Source of the DNA: a bacterium
GTDB taxonomy: Bacteria > Cyanobacteriota > Vampirovibrionia > Gastranaerophilales > JBAXKC01
DNA: 64,000 nt
NCBI GenBank assembly: GCA_037137535.1
Contig: JBAXKC010000005.1
Location: 43,908-107,907, forward strand
Direction: 5' to 3'
The notes beneath the pieces are model-generated. The model had not been told where the DNA came from and did no database searches. It saw only the letters and a program-made list of their open reading frames with translations. The position numbers and the translations under genes are program-made. Positions 50,144-61,323 of the stretch are shown piece after piece (the first letter of the stretch is position 1; each line of letters starts with the position of its first letter).

Positions 50144-50876
50144 AGTTTTATATAAGTTTGAAAATGTTTCTTTTAATTATTTTAAAGAAAAGCCTATTTT
50201 TAATAATTTGAATTTTGAGATAAATGTATCTGATAAAGTTTCTATTCTCGGGCCAAATGGAGCCGGAAAAAGCACTTTATTGAATTTGTTAAATGGATTA
50301 GTCTTTCCAACCTCGGGTAAAGTTATTTGCGGTGGAATGGAATTAAACAAGGTAAACCTTGCAAAATGGAATAATAACCACCAATTTAGAAGAAAATGTG
50401 CCTATGTGTTTCAAAATCCCGAAGTTCAGCTTTTATGTCCGACTGTAAGAGAAGAATTAGCTTTTGGACTTGATCAGCTTGGCATTGATAAAGCTAATAT
50501 AGTAAATTTTGTAGATTTAACTGCAAAAAAATTCAATATAGAAAAGCTTTTAGATTCACATCCTTATAATTTAAGTATTGGGCAGAAAAAACTTGTTGGT
50601 TTAGCTTCTGTTTTAATTTTAAATACAGGTATTATTTTGTTTGATGAGCCAACAACTTCTTTAGATTTGAAAACTAAAAAATTGATTGTTGATGTCCTCG
50701 AAAAGTTAAAAAATTCTGATAAAACCATTATTATAAGTACTCATGATTTAGATATTGCAGAGCAAACTTCAAATAAAACCATTCTTTTAAATAAAAATAA
50801 TGAAATTTGCGCAATTGATGAAACTCATAAAATTATTAATAATAGAGAATTATTAGAACAAGCCGAATTGATTTAA
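50127..50876 (+). CDS. ECF ATPase (NikO/CbiO)
   Basis: GPNGAGKST, VFQNPEVQL, LSIGQKK, FDEPT, STHD. Confidence 0.9.
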   Translation: MSESSKVLYKFENVSFNYFKEKPIFNNLNFEINVSDKVSILGPNGAGKSTLLNLLNGLVFPTSGKVICGGMELNKVNLAKWNNNHQFRRKCAYVFQNPEVQLLCPTVREELAFGLDQLGIDKANIVNFVDLTAKKFNIEKLLDSHPYNLSIGQKKLVGLASVLILNTGIILFDEPTTSLDLKTKKLIVDVLEKLKNSDKTIIISTHDLDIAEQTSNKTILLNKNNEICAIDETHKIINNRELLEQAELI

Positions 50877-50992
50877 TTTAAATTTAATATATTCTTTATT
50901 TGTAATCACTCCAAATTAGAATAACTGTGTGCAATAATTAAATAGAGTTTAAAATAATATAAATAAACTTTAGCAGACAAGGATTTCATAAT

Positions 50993-53869
50993 ATGTATGA
51001 AAATTATAAAAAAGAATATATTACGGTAAGAAAGGCAAATCAGCATAATTTAAAGGATGTAAGCCTATCAATACCAAAAAATCAATTAGTTGTATTTACA
51101 GGAGTAAGCGGTTCGGGAAAGAGTTCTTTAGCGTTCGATACTATTTTTGCTGAGGGACAACGCCGATATATAGAAAGTTTAAGCTCCTATGCAAGACAAT
51201 TCTTAGGGAGAATGGATAAACCTGAAGTCGAAAGTATTGAAGGTTTAAGTCCTGCTATATCTATTGACCAAAAAACTACAAGTAATAATCCACGTTCTAC
51301 AGTTGGAACTGTAACAGAAATATATGACCATTTGCGTTTGTTATTTGCAAGAGTGGGAACACCTCATTGTCCTCAATGTGGCGATATAATTAGTCCTCAG
51401 ACTGTTGATCAGATTGTTGACAGTATTTTAAATCTTGAAGAAGGTACTAAAATTCAAATTCTTTCGCCTGTTATTAGAGGCAGAAAGGGAGAATATCACT
51501 CTTTATTGAATGAAATCAAACAAGAAGGTTTCGTAAGGGTAAGAATTGACGGAAAAGTTTATAATCTTGACGATGATGAAGTCAAATTAGCTAAAACAAA
51601 AAAACACGATATTGAAATTATCATAGATAGAATTATAGTAAAAGAAAGTGCTCGCTCAAGAATTGCCGATAGCGTTCAACTTGCACTTAAAAAAGCTGAA
51701 GGTCTTTTGCTGGTTGATATTATAGGTGAAAGAGAACAAATATATTCTGAAAAACTGGCATGCCATAAATGCCAATTAAGTTTTGATGAGCTTTCCCCTC
51801 GAATGTTCAGTTTTAACAGTCCTTACGGAGCTTGTGATAATTGTAGCGGATTAGGGGCTCATTTAGAAATTTCACCTGACTTAATTGTTCCAGACCCTAC
51901 TAAATCCATAGCTAAGGGTGCTATTTATCCTTGGGCAAAAACAGGAAATTCTTATTATACTGATTTATTGAAATCCGTTGCTGATCATTTTGAAATTGAT
52001 TTGAATACTCCCTTTGAAGAATTATCGCAAGAAAAACGAGAAATTATTTTATTCGGAAGCGGTAAAGAGAAAGTTATGCTTACTCATGAGGATTTTAATA
52101 AAACTCGTAAAAAATCTTATTATGCAAAATTTGAGGGTGTAATTCCTTACTTGAAAAGACGATATGATGATTCAAATTCAGATTTAATCAGAGATGAAAT
52201 TGCAAAATACATGACGGCTATTCCTTGTCCTGTCTGCAAAAGCCAAAGACTTAAAGAGTTTCCGCTGGCAGTAAAAATAAAAGGACAATCAATTGCAGAT
52301 GTTTCATTAATGCCGATAGATGCTTGTCATGATTATATTTCATCGCTATATTTGAGTTTTAATGAATATCAGCTTGCTATTGTTCATCAATTATTAAATG
52401 AAATTCGAGAAAGATTAAAGTTTTTATTAGATGTAGGTTTGAATTATCTTACACTGGACAGAACAGCCGGTACATTGTCGGGTGGTGAATCTCAGAGAAT
52501 AAGACTTGCTACTCAAATTGGTTCAGGGCTTGCAGGTGTGTTGTATGTTCTTGATGAGCCTAGTATCGGGCTTCATCAGGTAAATAATGAGCAACTGTTA
52601 AACACTCTTTTCAGATTGAGAAACCTTGGCAATACCTTAATTGTTGTTGAGCATGACGAAGATATTATCAGAAAAGCTGATTGGGTTGTTGATATTGGTC
52701 CTAAAGCGGGTGTTCATGGTGGTGAAATTGTTTCAGAAGGAACACCTGAAGATATTGAGAATGATATTAATTCAATAACAGGTCAGTATTTAAGAGGAGC
52801 AAAAAATATTGCTATTCCTAAAATTAGACGAGAAGGAAACGGCAATTCAATAGATATTATTAATGCTCATAAAAATAATTTAAAAAATATAAATGTAGAA
52901 ATCCCGTTGGGTAAATTTATATCAGTTACAGGTGTTAGCGGTTCAGGCAAGTCTTCGTTAATCTTTGATTTGTTATATGAATTTGTTAAACATAAATTAA
53001 ACAGAAATACCCCTAAACCTCAAGGTGTTAGAGATATTACAGGGCTTGAAAATATTGATAAAGTTATAGATATTGACCAAAGCCCTATCGGTAGAACACC
53101 AAGAAGTAACCCTGCCACGTATACAGGGACTTTTGACCATATAAGAGAACTTTTTTCCGTAACAAATGAAGCTAAAACAAGAGGTTATAAACCCGGTAGA
53201 TTCAGCTTCAATGTTAAAGGTGGAAGATGCGAGGCTTGCAAGGGGGACGGTATCATTAAAATTGAGATGAATTTTTTACCCGATGTCTATGTCCCATGCG
53301 AAGTGTGTAAAGGTGCAAGATATAGCAGAGAAACTCTCGAAGTGAAATATAAAGGGAAATCAATTAGCGAAGTTCTTGATATGACTGTTGAAGAAGCATT
53401 AGAATTCTTCAAGAACATTCCTAGAGTTGCGAATAAACTACAAACTCTTTTCGATGTCGGTTTAGATTATATAAAATTAGGGCAAAGTGCAACGACTTTA
53501 TCTGGGGGCGAAGCGCAAAGAGTTAAGCTGGCGGCTGAATTGAATAGACGAAGTACAGGTAAAACATTATATTTACTTGATGAACCTTCGGTCGGTTTAC
53601 ATTGGGCGGATTTGCAAAAACTAACAGAAATTCTTAATAGACTTGCCGATGCAGGCAATACAATTTTAGTTATTGAGCATAATTTAGACATAATAAAAAT
53701 TTCGGATTGGGTTATAGATCTAGGCCCTGATGGTGGAAATGCAGGTGGAACTATTTTGGCTCAAGGAACGCCTGAAGAAGTTGCTTTATGTAAAGAATCT
53801 TATACGGGTAAATATTTGAAACAAATTCTTGAAAAAGAAAAGAATAAACCTAATATGCAGGTAAATTGA
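50993..53869 (+). CDS. uvrA: Excinuclease ABC subunit A
   Basis: Two GVSGSGKSS Walker A motifs, [16 protein letters not shown], zinc fingers. Confidence 0.98.
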   Translation: MYENYKKEYITVRKANQHNLKDVSLSIPKNQLVVFTGVSGSGKSSLAFDTIFAEGQRRYIESLSSYARQFLGRMDKPEVESIEGLSPAISIDQKTTSNNPRSTVGTVTEIYDHLRLLFARVGTPHCPQCGDIISPQTVDQIVDSILNLEEGTKIQILSPVIRGRKGEYHSLLNEIKQEGFVRVRIDGKVYNLDDDEVKLAKTKKHDIEIIIDRIIVKESARSRIADSVQLALKKAEGLLLVDIIGEREQIYSEKLACHKCQLSFDELSPRMFSFNSPYGACDNCSGLGAHLEISPDLIVPDPTKSIAKGAIYPWAKTGNSYYTDLLKSVADHFEIDLNTPFEELSQEKREIILFGSGKEKVMLTHEDFNKTRKKSYYAKFEGVIPYLKRRYDDSNSDLIRDEIAKYMTAIPCPVCKSQRLKEFPLAVKIKGQSIADVSLMPIDACHDYISSLYLSFNEYQLAIVHQLLNEIRERLKFLLDVGLNYLTLDRTAGTLSGGESQRIRLATQIGSGLAGVLYVLDEPSIGLHQVNNEQLLNTLFRLRNLGNTLIVVEHDEDIIRKADWVVDIGPKAGVHGGEIVSEGTPEDIENDINSITGQYLRGAKNIAIPKIRREGNGNSIDIINAHKNNLKNINVEIPLGKFISVTGVSGSGKSSLIFDLLYEFVKHKLNRNTPKPQGVRDITGLENIDKVIDIDQSPIGRTPRSNPATYTGTFDHIRELFSVTNEAKTRGYKPGRFSFNVKGGRCEACKGDGIIKIEMNFLPDVYVPCEVCKGARYSRETLEVKYKGKSISEVLDMTVEEALEFFKNIPRVANKLQTLFDVGLDYIKLGQSATTLSGGEAQRVKLAAELNRRSTGKTLYLLDEPSVGLHWADLQKLTEILNRLADAGNTILVIEHNLDIIKISDWVIDLGPDGGNAGGTILAQGTPEEVALCKESYTGKYLKQILEKEKNKPNMQVN

Positions 53870-54231
53870 GTATGAAAATTCTAAAAATAATTATGGGACT
53901 TGGTGTTTTATTTTTATTAAATCTTTTAAGCATAAATTTAGTTCATATCTTAAATATCCATTTTCCTGCTCCTTTGGTTGGAATGTTATTATTTACAGCT
54001 CTTTTAAAACTAGAAATAATACCTATAAGTTTAATTGAGGGTGGATGTAAATTAATGCTCGAAAATATGGGATTATTTTTTGTCCCTTTACTTGTTGGTG
54101 TTGTTCTTTATTTGAATTTGATAGCTAAAAATGCCCTGCCTATTGTTTTAACTATTGTAATAAGTTCAGCTTTAATAATATGTGCTGTTGGTTATTCTTC
54201 AGAGTATTTAATCAATAAGAGAGCAAAATAA
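53866..54231 (+). CDS. CidA/LrgA family holin-like protein
   Basis: [24 protein letters not shown]; start may be ATG 53872. Confidence 0.9.
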   Translation: MSMKILKIIMGLGVLFLLNLLSINLVHILNIHFPAPLVGMLLFTALLKLEIIPISLIEGGCKLMLENMGLFFVPLLVGVVLYLNLIAKNALPIVLTIVISSALIICAVGYSSEYLINKRAK

Positions 54232-54932
54232 TGATTTTTATTGGTAAAATTATAAATTCGCCAATATTATGGTTTGTAGTTACTATAATAATTTATAAAA
54301 TCGCAGAACAGTTTAAAAAACATCTATTCTTTTCAAAAATTCCTCCAACTTGTCTTGCTGCAATTAGTTTGATATTTTTATTAAAAATATGTTCAATTAA
54401 ATATCAATGCTATAACAGTGGAGGTTCTTTAATAACCTATTTATTAGGTCCTGCAACTATTGCTCTTGCCTTACCCTTGGTTAAAAGCTTCGATATTTTA
54501 AAGCAAAATTTTAAAGTAATTCTTGCGGGAGTGAGTATTGCAACGTTTACAGGAATATTTTCCGTATATTTAATTGCTGAAATACTTAAAGCGACAAAAC
54601 CAATTGTTTTATCGCTTATTCCTAAAGCTGTTACAACTCCAATTGCAGTTGAAATATCTAAATCTATTGGAGGCATTCCTGAATTAACTGCGGCTATAGT
54701 TGTTATAACAGGCTTAACAGGTTATTTATTTGGGCATAAACTTTTAAAAATATTAAAAATTAAAAATAATATTTCAATAGGACTTGCTATTGGTTCATCA
54801 AGTCATGTTATCGGCACATCTCGCTGTATGGAAATTAGTCCCGTTCAAGCGGCGATTAGCAGTATTTCTTTAATTTTAGTCGGATTTCTTACGGCAATTT
54901 TAGCTCCATTGATAGTGCGATTACTTTATTAA
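54231..54932 (+). CDS. LrgB/CidB family membrane protein
   Basis: LLGPATIALALPL, PKAVTTPIA, SHVIGT. Confidence 0.92.
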   Translation: MIFIGKIINSPILWFVVTIIIYKIAEQFKKHLFFSKIPPTCLAAISLIFLLKICSIKYQCYNSGGSLITYLLGPATIALALPLVKSFDILKQNFKVILAGVSIATFTGIFSVYLIAEILKATKPIVLSLIPKAVTTPIAVEISKSIGGIPELTAAIVVITGLTGYLFGHKLLKILKIKNNISIGLAIGSSSHVIGTSRCMEISPVQAAISSISLILVGFLTAILAPLIVRLLY

Positions 54933-55021
54933 TAATAAAGTATAATATTCTGATATATTTTTTTAAATTAAGATGATAATATAAAAATGTTTCGTAAATT
55001 TATTGGATGAAATAATTATCA

Positions 55022-56173
55022 ATGATATATTTAATTTTTCCTGTCGGAAGTTTTCATGGTTGGGGTGTTTGTGGGAAATACTTAACCAGAGAGTTATCTT
55101 CTATAACTGATACTAAGCTTATTACGCATTCTGTCAATGAAGCTGAAATTTCAGATCCTTTAGATTACGAATTTTTAAAAAGTAAATTTGTAGGCTTTGA
55201 AGAAACTAAGCGATTTATTACCGGTTCTAAAATTATAGATATGCCTGTACTTCAAGCAATTGCAGGTCCTATGAATCCTTGGCTGATAGAAACTAAAACT
55301 TCATTTAAAGTCGGTTATACTTTTTTTGAAGATAATCTTCTATCAGAGAGTTATGTAGCAAATGCTTCAAAAAACTTTGATTACGTTGTAGCTGGCTCAA
55401 AATGGTGTGAAGAAATACTTGAAAGTTATGGCTGTACTAATGCTAAAACAGTTATTCAAGGTGTTGATACACAAATTTTTAACCCTTTTGATAATGAAAA
55501 AAAATATTTTAAAGATAAATTTATTATTTTTTCAGGTGGTAAATTTGAACTTAGAAAAAGTCAGGATTTAGTAATTAGAGCTTTTAAAATTTTGCAAGAT
55601 AAATACGATGATGTAATGCTTTTGACTAACTGGTACAATAAATGGCCACATAGCTTTAATACTATGGCAGTTACTCCTCATATTAAATTTAGCGGATTAG
55701 CTGAAAATAATTATAATCACACAATTAATAAAATATTAACTGATAATGGAATTGATTTAAGACGTGTAATAAGTGTACCTCCTGTTCCAAATACTTCATT
55801 GGCAAGAATCTATAAAAATACTGATATAGGTCTTTTCCCAAATCGTTGCGAAGGTGGAACAAACCTTGTGCTTATGGAATATATGGCATGCGGAAAACCT
55901 ACTATAGCTTCATATAATTCTGGTCATAAAGATATTCTTACTTCTGAAAATTCAATAAAAATTGAAGAGATGAAGCAAATTAAAATTAATAAAGAGCGAA
56001 GAGATGTTGCTGTTTGGGATGAACCTAATTTAGATGAAATTATCAGTCATTTAGAATGGGCATACAACAATAGAGAAAGCCTTAAACTAATCGGTAACAA
56101 GGCAGGTGAAGACTTATGTCAAACCACATGGGCTAAAAGTGCCGAAAATTTTTATAAACTGTTTAATCTTTAA
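55022..56173 (+). CDS. GT4 family glycosyltransferase
   Basis: GVDTQIF, GKFELRKSQD, E-x-E motif RCEGGTNLVLMEYMACGKP. Confidence 0.88.
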   Translation: MIYLIFPVGSFHGWGVCGKYLTRELSSITDTKLITHSVNEAEISDPLDYEFLKSKFVGFEETKRFITGSKIIDMPVLQAIAGPMNPWLIETKTSFKVGYTFFEDNLLSESYVANASKNFDYVVAGSKWCEEILESYGCTNAKTVIQGVDTQIFNPFDNEKKYFKDKFIIFSGGKFELRKSQDLVIRAFKILQDKYDDVMLLTNWYNKWPHSFNTMAVTPHIKFSGLAENNYNHTINKILTDNGIDLRRVISVPPVPNTSLARIYKNTDIGLFPNRCEGGTNLVLMEYMACGKPTIASYNSGHKDILTSENSIKIEEMKQIKINKERRDVAVWDEPNLDEIISHLEWAYNNRESLKLIGNKAGEDLCQTTWAKSAENFYKLFNL

Positions 56174-59148
56174 GCAGCGTGCCATGAGTTTGATACTATA
56201 GCCATTAATTCGCTGTTATTTCTTACATCGTCAGCACTTGTTATAGTTACATTATGACTTGCTGTATAACTTGCCATTTGTTGAATAATGTTGTCAATAT
56301 CCTGATTATCAATGTAATTGCCGTTGCTTAATTGGATTTTTTCTATTGTGTTGCCATTTTGTTCATCTTGAACTGTTACTCTGTTACCGTTTTTATAGTC
56401 AATGATTAGATCGTTATTATCGGCATAGATTGCTATGTCTGATTTATTTATATTAGTTCCAAAAACTATCTTGTCTTGAGTTCCTGAAGTATCGCTGATA
56501 AAGTCTATACCGTCATTTTGGTTAATTAAATATGTATCATCACCGGCACCACCATAAAGTGAATCATTACCGCTACCACCAATTAAAGTGTCATTGCCAT
56601 CAAGCCCTTCAAGCATATTAGAGCCTGCTGCACCAGTAAGAATGTTATCAAGCTCATTACCTGTTCCATTGATTGTATTTAATTGCTGCTTAATCGCATT
56701 GTCTGTTATTACAGCATAGCCACTTGTAGTTCCATTCCAGCCGTATTGGTCAAAATAGTAGAAAGCTGATTTCATTTGATCATATGATACATATCTTTCT
56801 GCATCTGATTGAAGTCTTCTTCCACTATCACAAATGTAAAAGCCCTCTATTTTGTTAGCATTACTTGCATCGTATGCAACACCTGTTAAAGTAACAGCAT
56901 GGTTAATTGTGCTTGAAGAACCGTATTGAGCTCCCCAAATTTTATAAGCATTTATTTCTACAATTACACCTTTATTTTCTTTCAGATAACCTGCAATATT
57001 TTCTAGACTAGTAATTTCATAATGTGCTTGAACTCCAAAACTTTCCAGTATTTTTTCTTGATTTTCAGGAGTTGTTCCACCGTTATTGTAGGAATTTGAA
57101 GTTTTTGTGCAAAGATTTTTTGATATTGCCATTCCTACTACTTGTGTTTCTAATGCATCGGTTCGTCCTGAAAGATAGGTATAGCCTGTTTTTTTGGATA
57201 ATGCACCCGCCTGAATTAATATATTTTCACAAGAAACTATACCGCAATCACCAAGATAATTGTAACTATTATCTCCTTGAGCGTAATCAAGATAATTTTT
57301 CCATAAACTTGATTCACCGTAGGTTATAACTTGTTTACCAGTTGATAGAACAGAAACGTTATTTCCTGAGGTGCCTGTTAAAGTTAAATTTTCAATGTTA
57401 TTTCCTAAAGTGTAGGAAAAAGACGAAGAAACGGTATCATTTCCTTCATTTTCATTTTCTATAATTATGTCTTTTACACTGTCTATGTAATAGGTGTCAT
57501 CGCCGGCACCGCCAATCATTGTGTCATTGCCTGCACCACCATTGATAATATTATTTCCAGAGTTTCCGTTAATAATATTATTTCCTGCATTTCCAGTCGC
57601 ATTAATATTATTAGAGCCTATTAAAATGATATTTTCTAAATTTGCTCCTAATGTATAACTAATTGAAGATGCAACGGTATCTATTCCTTGATTTGCATAT
57701 TCTGTTATAACATCTGAAAGACTGTCTATATAATAAGTATCATTGCCTGTTCCACCGTATAACTTGTCAATTCCTGCGCCACCGTCTAAGGTATCATTCC
57801 CTGCACCGCCATAAATAACGTCATTTCCGTCTCCACCGTTAATAGAATTATTGCCGTCATTGCCGTTTATAGTATTGCTTGATTCATTTCCTGAAGCATT
57901 AATATTTGATTTTCCTGTTAAATTCAGAGTTTCGAGATTACTGCTTAATGTATAGGAAGCAGTAGAATTGACAATATCATTTCCTTGATTTGCAGATTCA
58001 ATAATTACATCAAGCGAATTATCAACGTAATAAGTGTCATTTCCATTGCCACCAATCATTGTATCAGCACCAATGCCACCGTTTATTATATTTGCTGCAT
58101 CATTGCCAGTGATTATATTATCAAGTATGTTTCCAACTCCATTAAGTGTTTTAGTTCCAGTTAGAGTAAGATTTTCTACATTTACTCCTAAAGTATAACT
58201 AATGGACGAATAAATAAGATCAGTGCCTTCATCTTTATTTTCTACTATTACATCGCCAATATTATCGACATAATAGGTGTCATTACCGTCCCCGCCTTTC
58301 ATTATGTCAGCGCCGGTTTTGCCGTCGATAATATTGTTTCCCGTATTTCCTATAATTAAATTATTTAAACTATTACCAGTTGCGTCTAAGTTCTCACTTC
58401 CGGATAAGGTTAGATTTTCTACATAATTGTTTAATGTGTACGATATTGATGAAATTGCTGTATCTATTCCTTGATTTATCAGCTCAATAATAACATCGTT
58501 ATAGCTGTCTACATAATATGTATCGTTACCTGCACCCCCAATCATTGTGTCATTGCCTGCACCGCCGTTTATAATATTATTTCCTGCATTTCCAGTAAGT
58601 TTATTATTAAGCTCATTTCCAGTTGCTCCAATATTACTTGAGCCGGATAATATTATATTTTCTAAATTAGCACCTAATGTATATGTGATTGAGCTGTAAA
58701 TTAAGTCTATACCTTCATTTTCATTCTCTTGTATTATATCTCCCAAATTATCTACATAATAAGTATCGTTGCCGTTACCGCCAATCATTGTATCAGTCCC
58801 GACACCGCCATTTATAGTATTGTTCCCATTATTTCCAAGAATAATATTGTCTAAATTATTTCCCATCGCATTAATATTAGTAAGACCTGAGAGTGTTAAA
58901 TTTTCTAAGTTGCGTCCTAAAGTATAGGACACTGTTGCAATAATGGTATCTATTCCTTCATTGCTTTTTTCATCAACTATATCACCGATATTATCAACAA
59001 TATATGTATCATTGCCGGCTCCGCCATATAACAGATCTGCGCCCAATCCTCCATTAAGAGTGTTATCGGCTATTGACCCATACATTATATCGCTTGATAC
59101 CGTTCCAATTATTGAAGCTATTCCTTCTTTTGCATAGATTGTCTGCAT
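56170..59148 (-). CDS. RTX (Ca-binding nonapeptide repeat) protein with inserted papain-like (C39-like) domain; probable T1SS substrate
   Basis: Many GGxGxDxhx repeats alternating with DTYYVD..DVI.E...G.D..S.ISYTL..N.ENL.L.G units; C-terminal IIQQMASY...SNSWHAA export-signal-like tail; no Sec signal. Confidence 0.9.
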   Translation of the reverse strand: MQTIYAKEGIASIIGTVSSDIMYGSIADNTLNGGLGADLLYGGAGNDTYIVDNIGDIVDEKSNEGIDTIIATVSYTLGRNLENLTLSGLTNINAMGNNLDNIILGNNGNNTINGGVGTDTMIGGNGNDTYYVDNLGDIIQENENEGIDLIYSSITYTLGANLENIILSGSSNIGATGNELNNKLTGNAGNNIINGGAGNDTMIGGAGNDTYYVDSYNDVIIELINQGIDTAISSISYTLNNYVENLTLSGSENLDATGNSLNNLIIGNTGNNIIDGKTGADIMKGGDGNDTYYVDNIGDVIVENKDEGTDLIYSSISYTLGVNVENLTLTGTKTLNGVGNILDNIITGNDAANIINGGIGADTMIGGNGNDTYYVDNSLDVIIESANQGNDIVNSTASYTLSSNLETLNLTGKSNINASGNESSNTINGNDGNNSINGGDGNDVIYGGAGNDTLDGGAGIDKLYGGTGNDTYYIDSLSDVITEYANQGIDTVASSISYTLGANLENIILIGSNNINATGNAGNNIINGNSGNNIINGGAGNDTMIGGAGDDTYYIDSVKDIIIENENEGNDTVSSSFSYTLGNNIENLTLTGTSGNNVSVLSTGKQVITYGESSLWKNYLDYAQGDNSYNYLGDCGIVSCENILIQAGALSKKTGYTYLSGRTDALETQVVGMAISKNLCTKTSNSYNNGGTTPENQEKILESFGVQAHYEITSLENIAGYLKENKGVIVEINAYKIWGAQYGSSSTINHAVTLTGVAYDASNANKIEGFYICDSGRRLQSDAERYVSYDQMKSAFYYFDQYGWNGTTSGYAVITDNAIKQQLNTINGTGNELDNILTGAAGSNMLEGLDGNDTLIGGSGNDSLYGGAGDDTYLINQNDGIDFISDTSGTQDKIVFGTNINKSDIAIYADNNDLIIDYKNGNRVTVQDEQNGNTIEKIQLSNGNYIDNQDIDNIIQQMASYTASHNVTITSADDVRNNSELMAIVSNSWHAA

Positions 59149-59428
59149 AAAAAATAATTCCTATTTATCTATACTGAACAATCTCCCCTTTATCTGATAA
59201 TTTTATTAAATTTTATATTATATTTTTAAAAATTGCATTAGTTATATTTTTCCCATATTCAACAAATAAATAACATAGTTAAAGGAGTTTGTTACTAATG
59301 TTAATATAGAAAGCTATTTCTGATTTTCCCAAATAAGCCTTATGAAACATAATAATAACAAGCGGTTTGACTGGACAATTATGTGTATTTTGTATAATAT
59401 AAAATAAATTATTCGCTTGGAAGTTGAA

Positions 59429-60517
59429 ATGTTAAATAATAAAACTGTCGCAGTTGTTATTCCTGCATATAATGAACAAAGTCAAATTGCTTATGTTATT
59501 GAGTCAATGCCTGATTTTGTCGATAAAATTATTGTAGTTAATGATTGCTCAAATGATAATACTGCCGAAGTTGTAAAGAAATATATTAAAGACGATAAAT
59601 TGCTTGTGTTAAGCAGTAATAAAAATCTTTCTAAAGGTAAATTTAACAGAGCTGAACGAGCTTTACAGATTGTTAGAAATAAACAGAAAAAAGAATTTAC
59701 TCCATATGAGATCATTAATGAAAATCCTGAAAATAATAGGGTAATATTAATAAATCACTTAGAAAACGGTAAAGTCGGCGCTTCTATTGCAACTGGATAT
59801 TTATGGTGTAGAGATCATAATATCGACTGTACAGCTGTAATGGCTGGCGATGGACAGATGGATCCAGCTGAACTTGAATCCATTTGCACTCCTATTGTTA
59901 ATGATGAAGTTGATTATGTAAAAGGTAACAGATTGATACATAAATCAGCTTATTTAATCATTCCTCAGATAAGATTTTTAGGTAATTCAATTCTTTCTAT
60001 GTTGACTAAAATAGCTTCGGGTTATTGGCGTATTTCTGATACACAGACCGGTTATACGGCTATTTCTCATAAGGCTTTAGATGCTCTTCAATTACATAAA
60101 ATTTACCCTGATTATGGTGTTCCAAACGATATTTTAGTAAAACTAAATATTGCATATTGCACAATTAAAGAAGTTGAGATTAAGCCAATTTATAATATTG
60201 GTGAAAAGTCTAAAATGAAAATACATAAAGTTATTCCAAAACTTAGTGCATTATTATTGTATTTATTTGCTTACAGGCTTTGGAAAAAATATTTTTTCAG
60301 AGATTTTCATCCATTATTTTTACTTTATCATTTAAGTTTTCTTTTATTATTACTTAATATTCCTATTTTATTGAGAATAATACATGATCTTATTTTTGGA
60401 AGAGACTTAACTTATCAAATTCTTTTTGCCTTTACTATAATTGGAGTTCTGGGCTTTCAATCTCTTATATTTGCTATGTGGATGGATATTCTTGATAATG
60501 AGAGACTTCATAAGTAA
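59429..60517 (+). CDS. GT2 family glycosyltransferase with C-terminal TM helices
   Basis: VVIPAYNE, VVNDCSND, MAGDGQMD, KGNR, DTQTGY. Confidence 0.92.
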   Translation: MLNNKTVAVVIPAYNEQSQIAYVIESMPDFVDKIIVVNDCSNDNTAEVVKKYIKDDKLLVLSSNKNLSKGKFNRAERALQIVRNKQKKEFTPYEIINENPENNRVILINHLENGKVGASIATGYLWCRDHNIDCTAVMAGDGQMDPAELESICTPIVNDEVDYVKGNRLIHKSAYLIIPQIRFLGNSILSMLTKIASGYWRISDTQTGYTAISHKALDALQLHKIYPDYGVPNDILVKLNIAYCTIKEVEIKPIYNIGEKSKMKIHKVIPKLSALLLYLFAYRLWKKYFFRDFHPLFLLYHLSFLLLLLNIPILLRIIHDLIFGRDLTYQILFAFTIIGVLGFQSLIFAMWMDILDNERLHK

Positions 60518-60540
60518 TTAGATATTAATTTGGACGATAG

Positions 60541-61317
60541 ATGAAAGATTTTACTTTAAAAAAATATAAGCAATTTTTGAAAAATATTGTAAATTCTTAT
60601 GATAATGTTTTAAGATTTGACGATTTTTTTATCAGGCAAAATGCTTTAAATGAATTCGTCATAATTAGGCATGATGTTGATAGAAAACCGTTAAATGCTT
60701 TAAAAACAGCAAAAATAGAAAATGAACTGGGAATACAGACAACTTATTATTTTCGATCAAAAAATAATAAATTTAGTACTGAGGTTATTAAAGAAATATC
60801 TTCTTTAGGGCATGAAATAGGTTATCATTATGAAAATTTATCTGATGAAAATGGTGATATGGAATCAGCCTTACTGTCTTTTGAAGAAAACTTAAATAAA
60901 CTTCGTGGAATTGTTCCTGTAAAAACTATAGCTATGCATGGAAAGCCATTTTCAAAATACGACAATCGTGATTTATGGAAAAATAAAGAAAATCATGATT
61001 TATTATTAAATAAATTTGAGATACTGGGTGAGGTTTATCTTGATATAGATTATACCAATATTGCTTATATTAACGATACGGGCAGGAATTGGTCTTCGGG
61101 TCGTTCTAACCTTAGAGATAAAGTTAATTCGCAAATTAATACAGATTTTAAAAACAATAAACAAGTTTTAGCTTATTTGCAAAATAAAGTTTCTCCTAAA
61201 GTAATTTTCCAAATGCACCCTGAGCGTTGGAGCGACAATCTTCCTGAATGGACAAGTCAATTAGTTAAAGATAAAGCTATAAATTCTGTAAAACTTATTA
61301 CGAGCATTATTCGTTAA
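60541..61317 (+). CDS. Polysaccharide deacetylase-like protein
   Basis: IIRHDVD, TYYF, GHEIGYHYE, AMHG, HPERW. Confidence 0.75.
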   Translation: MKDFTLKKYKQFLKNIVNSYDNVLRFDDFFIRQNALNEFVIIRHDVDRKPLNALKTAKIENELGIQTTYYFRSKNNKFSTEVIKEISSLGHEIGYHYENLSDENGDMESALLSFEENLNKLRGIVPVKTIAMHGKPFSKYDNRDLWKNKENHDLLLNKFEILGEVYLDIDYTNIAYINDTGRNWSSGRSNLRDKVNSQINTDFKNNKQVLAYLQNKVSPKVIFQMHPERWSDNLPEWTSQLVKDKAINSVKLITSIIR

Positions 61318-61323
61318 AATTTT

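Noticed and set aside
50877-50992. LexA/SOS box upstream of uvrA
   Set aside because: No match seen to the GAAC-N4-GTTC, CTGT-N8-ACAG or cyanobacterial-type consensus
57370-59100. Repetitive DNA as a possible CRISPR array or tandem repeat element
   Set aside because: Degenerate in-frame coding repeats of the RTX protein; no identical repeats with unique spacers and no cas genes
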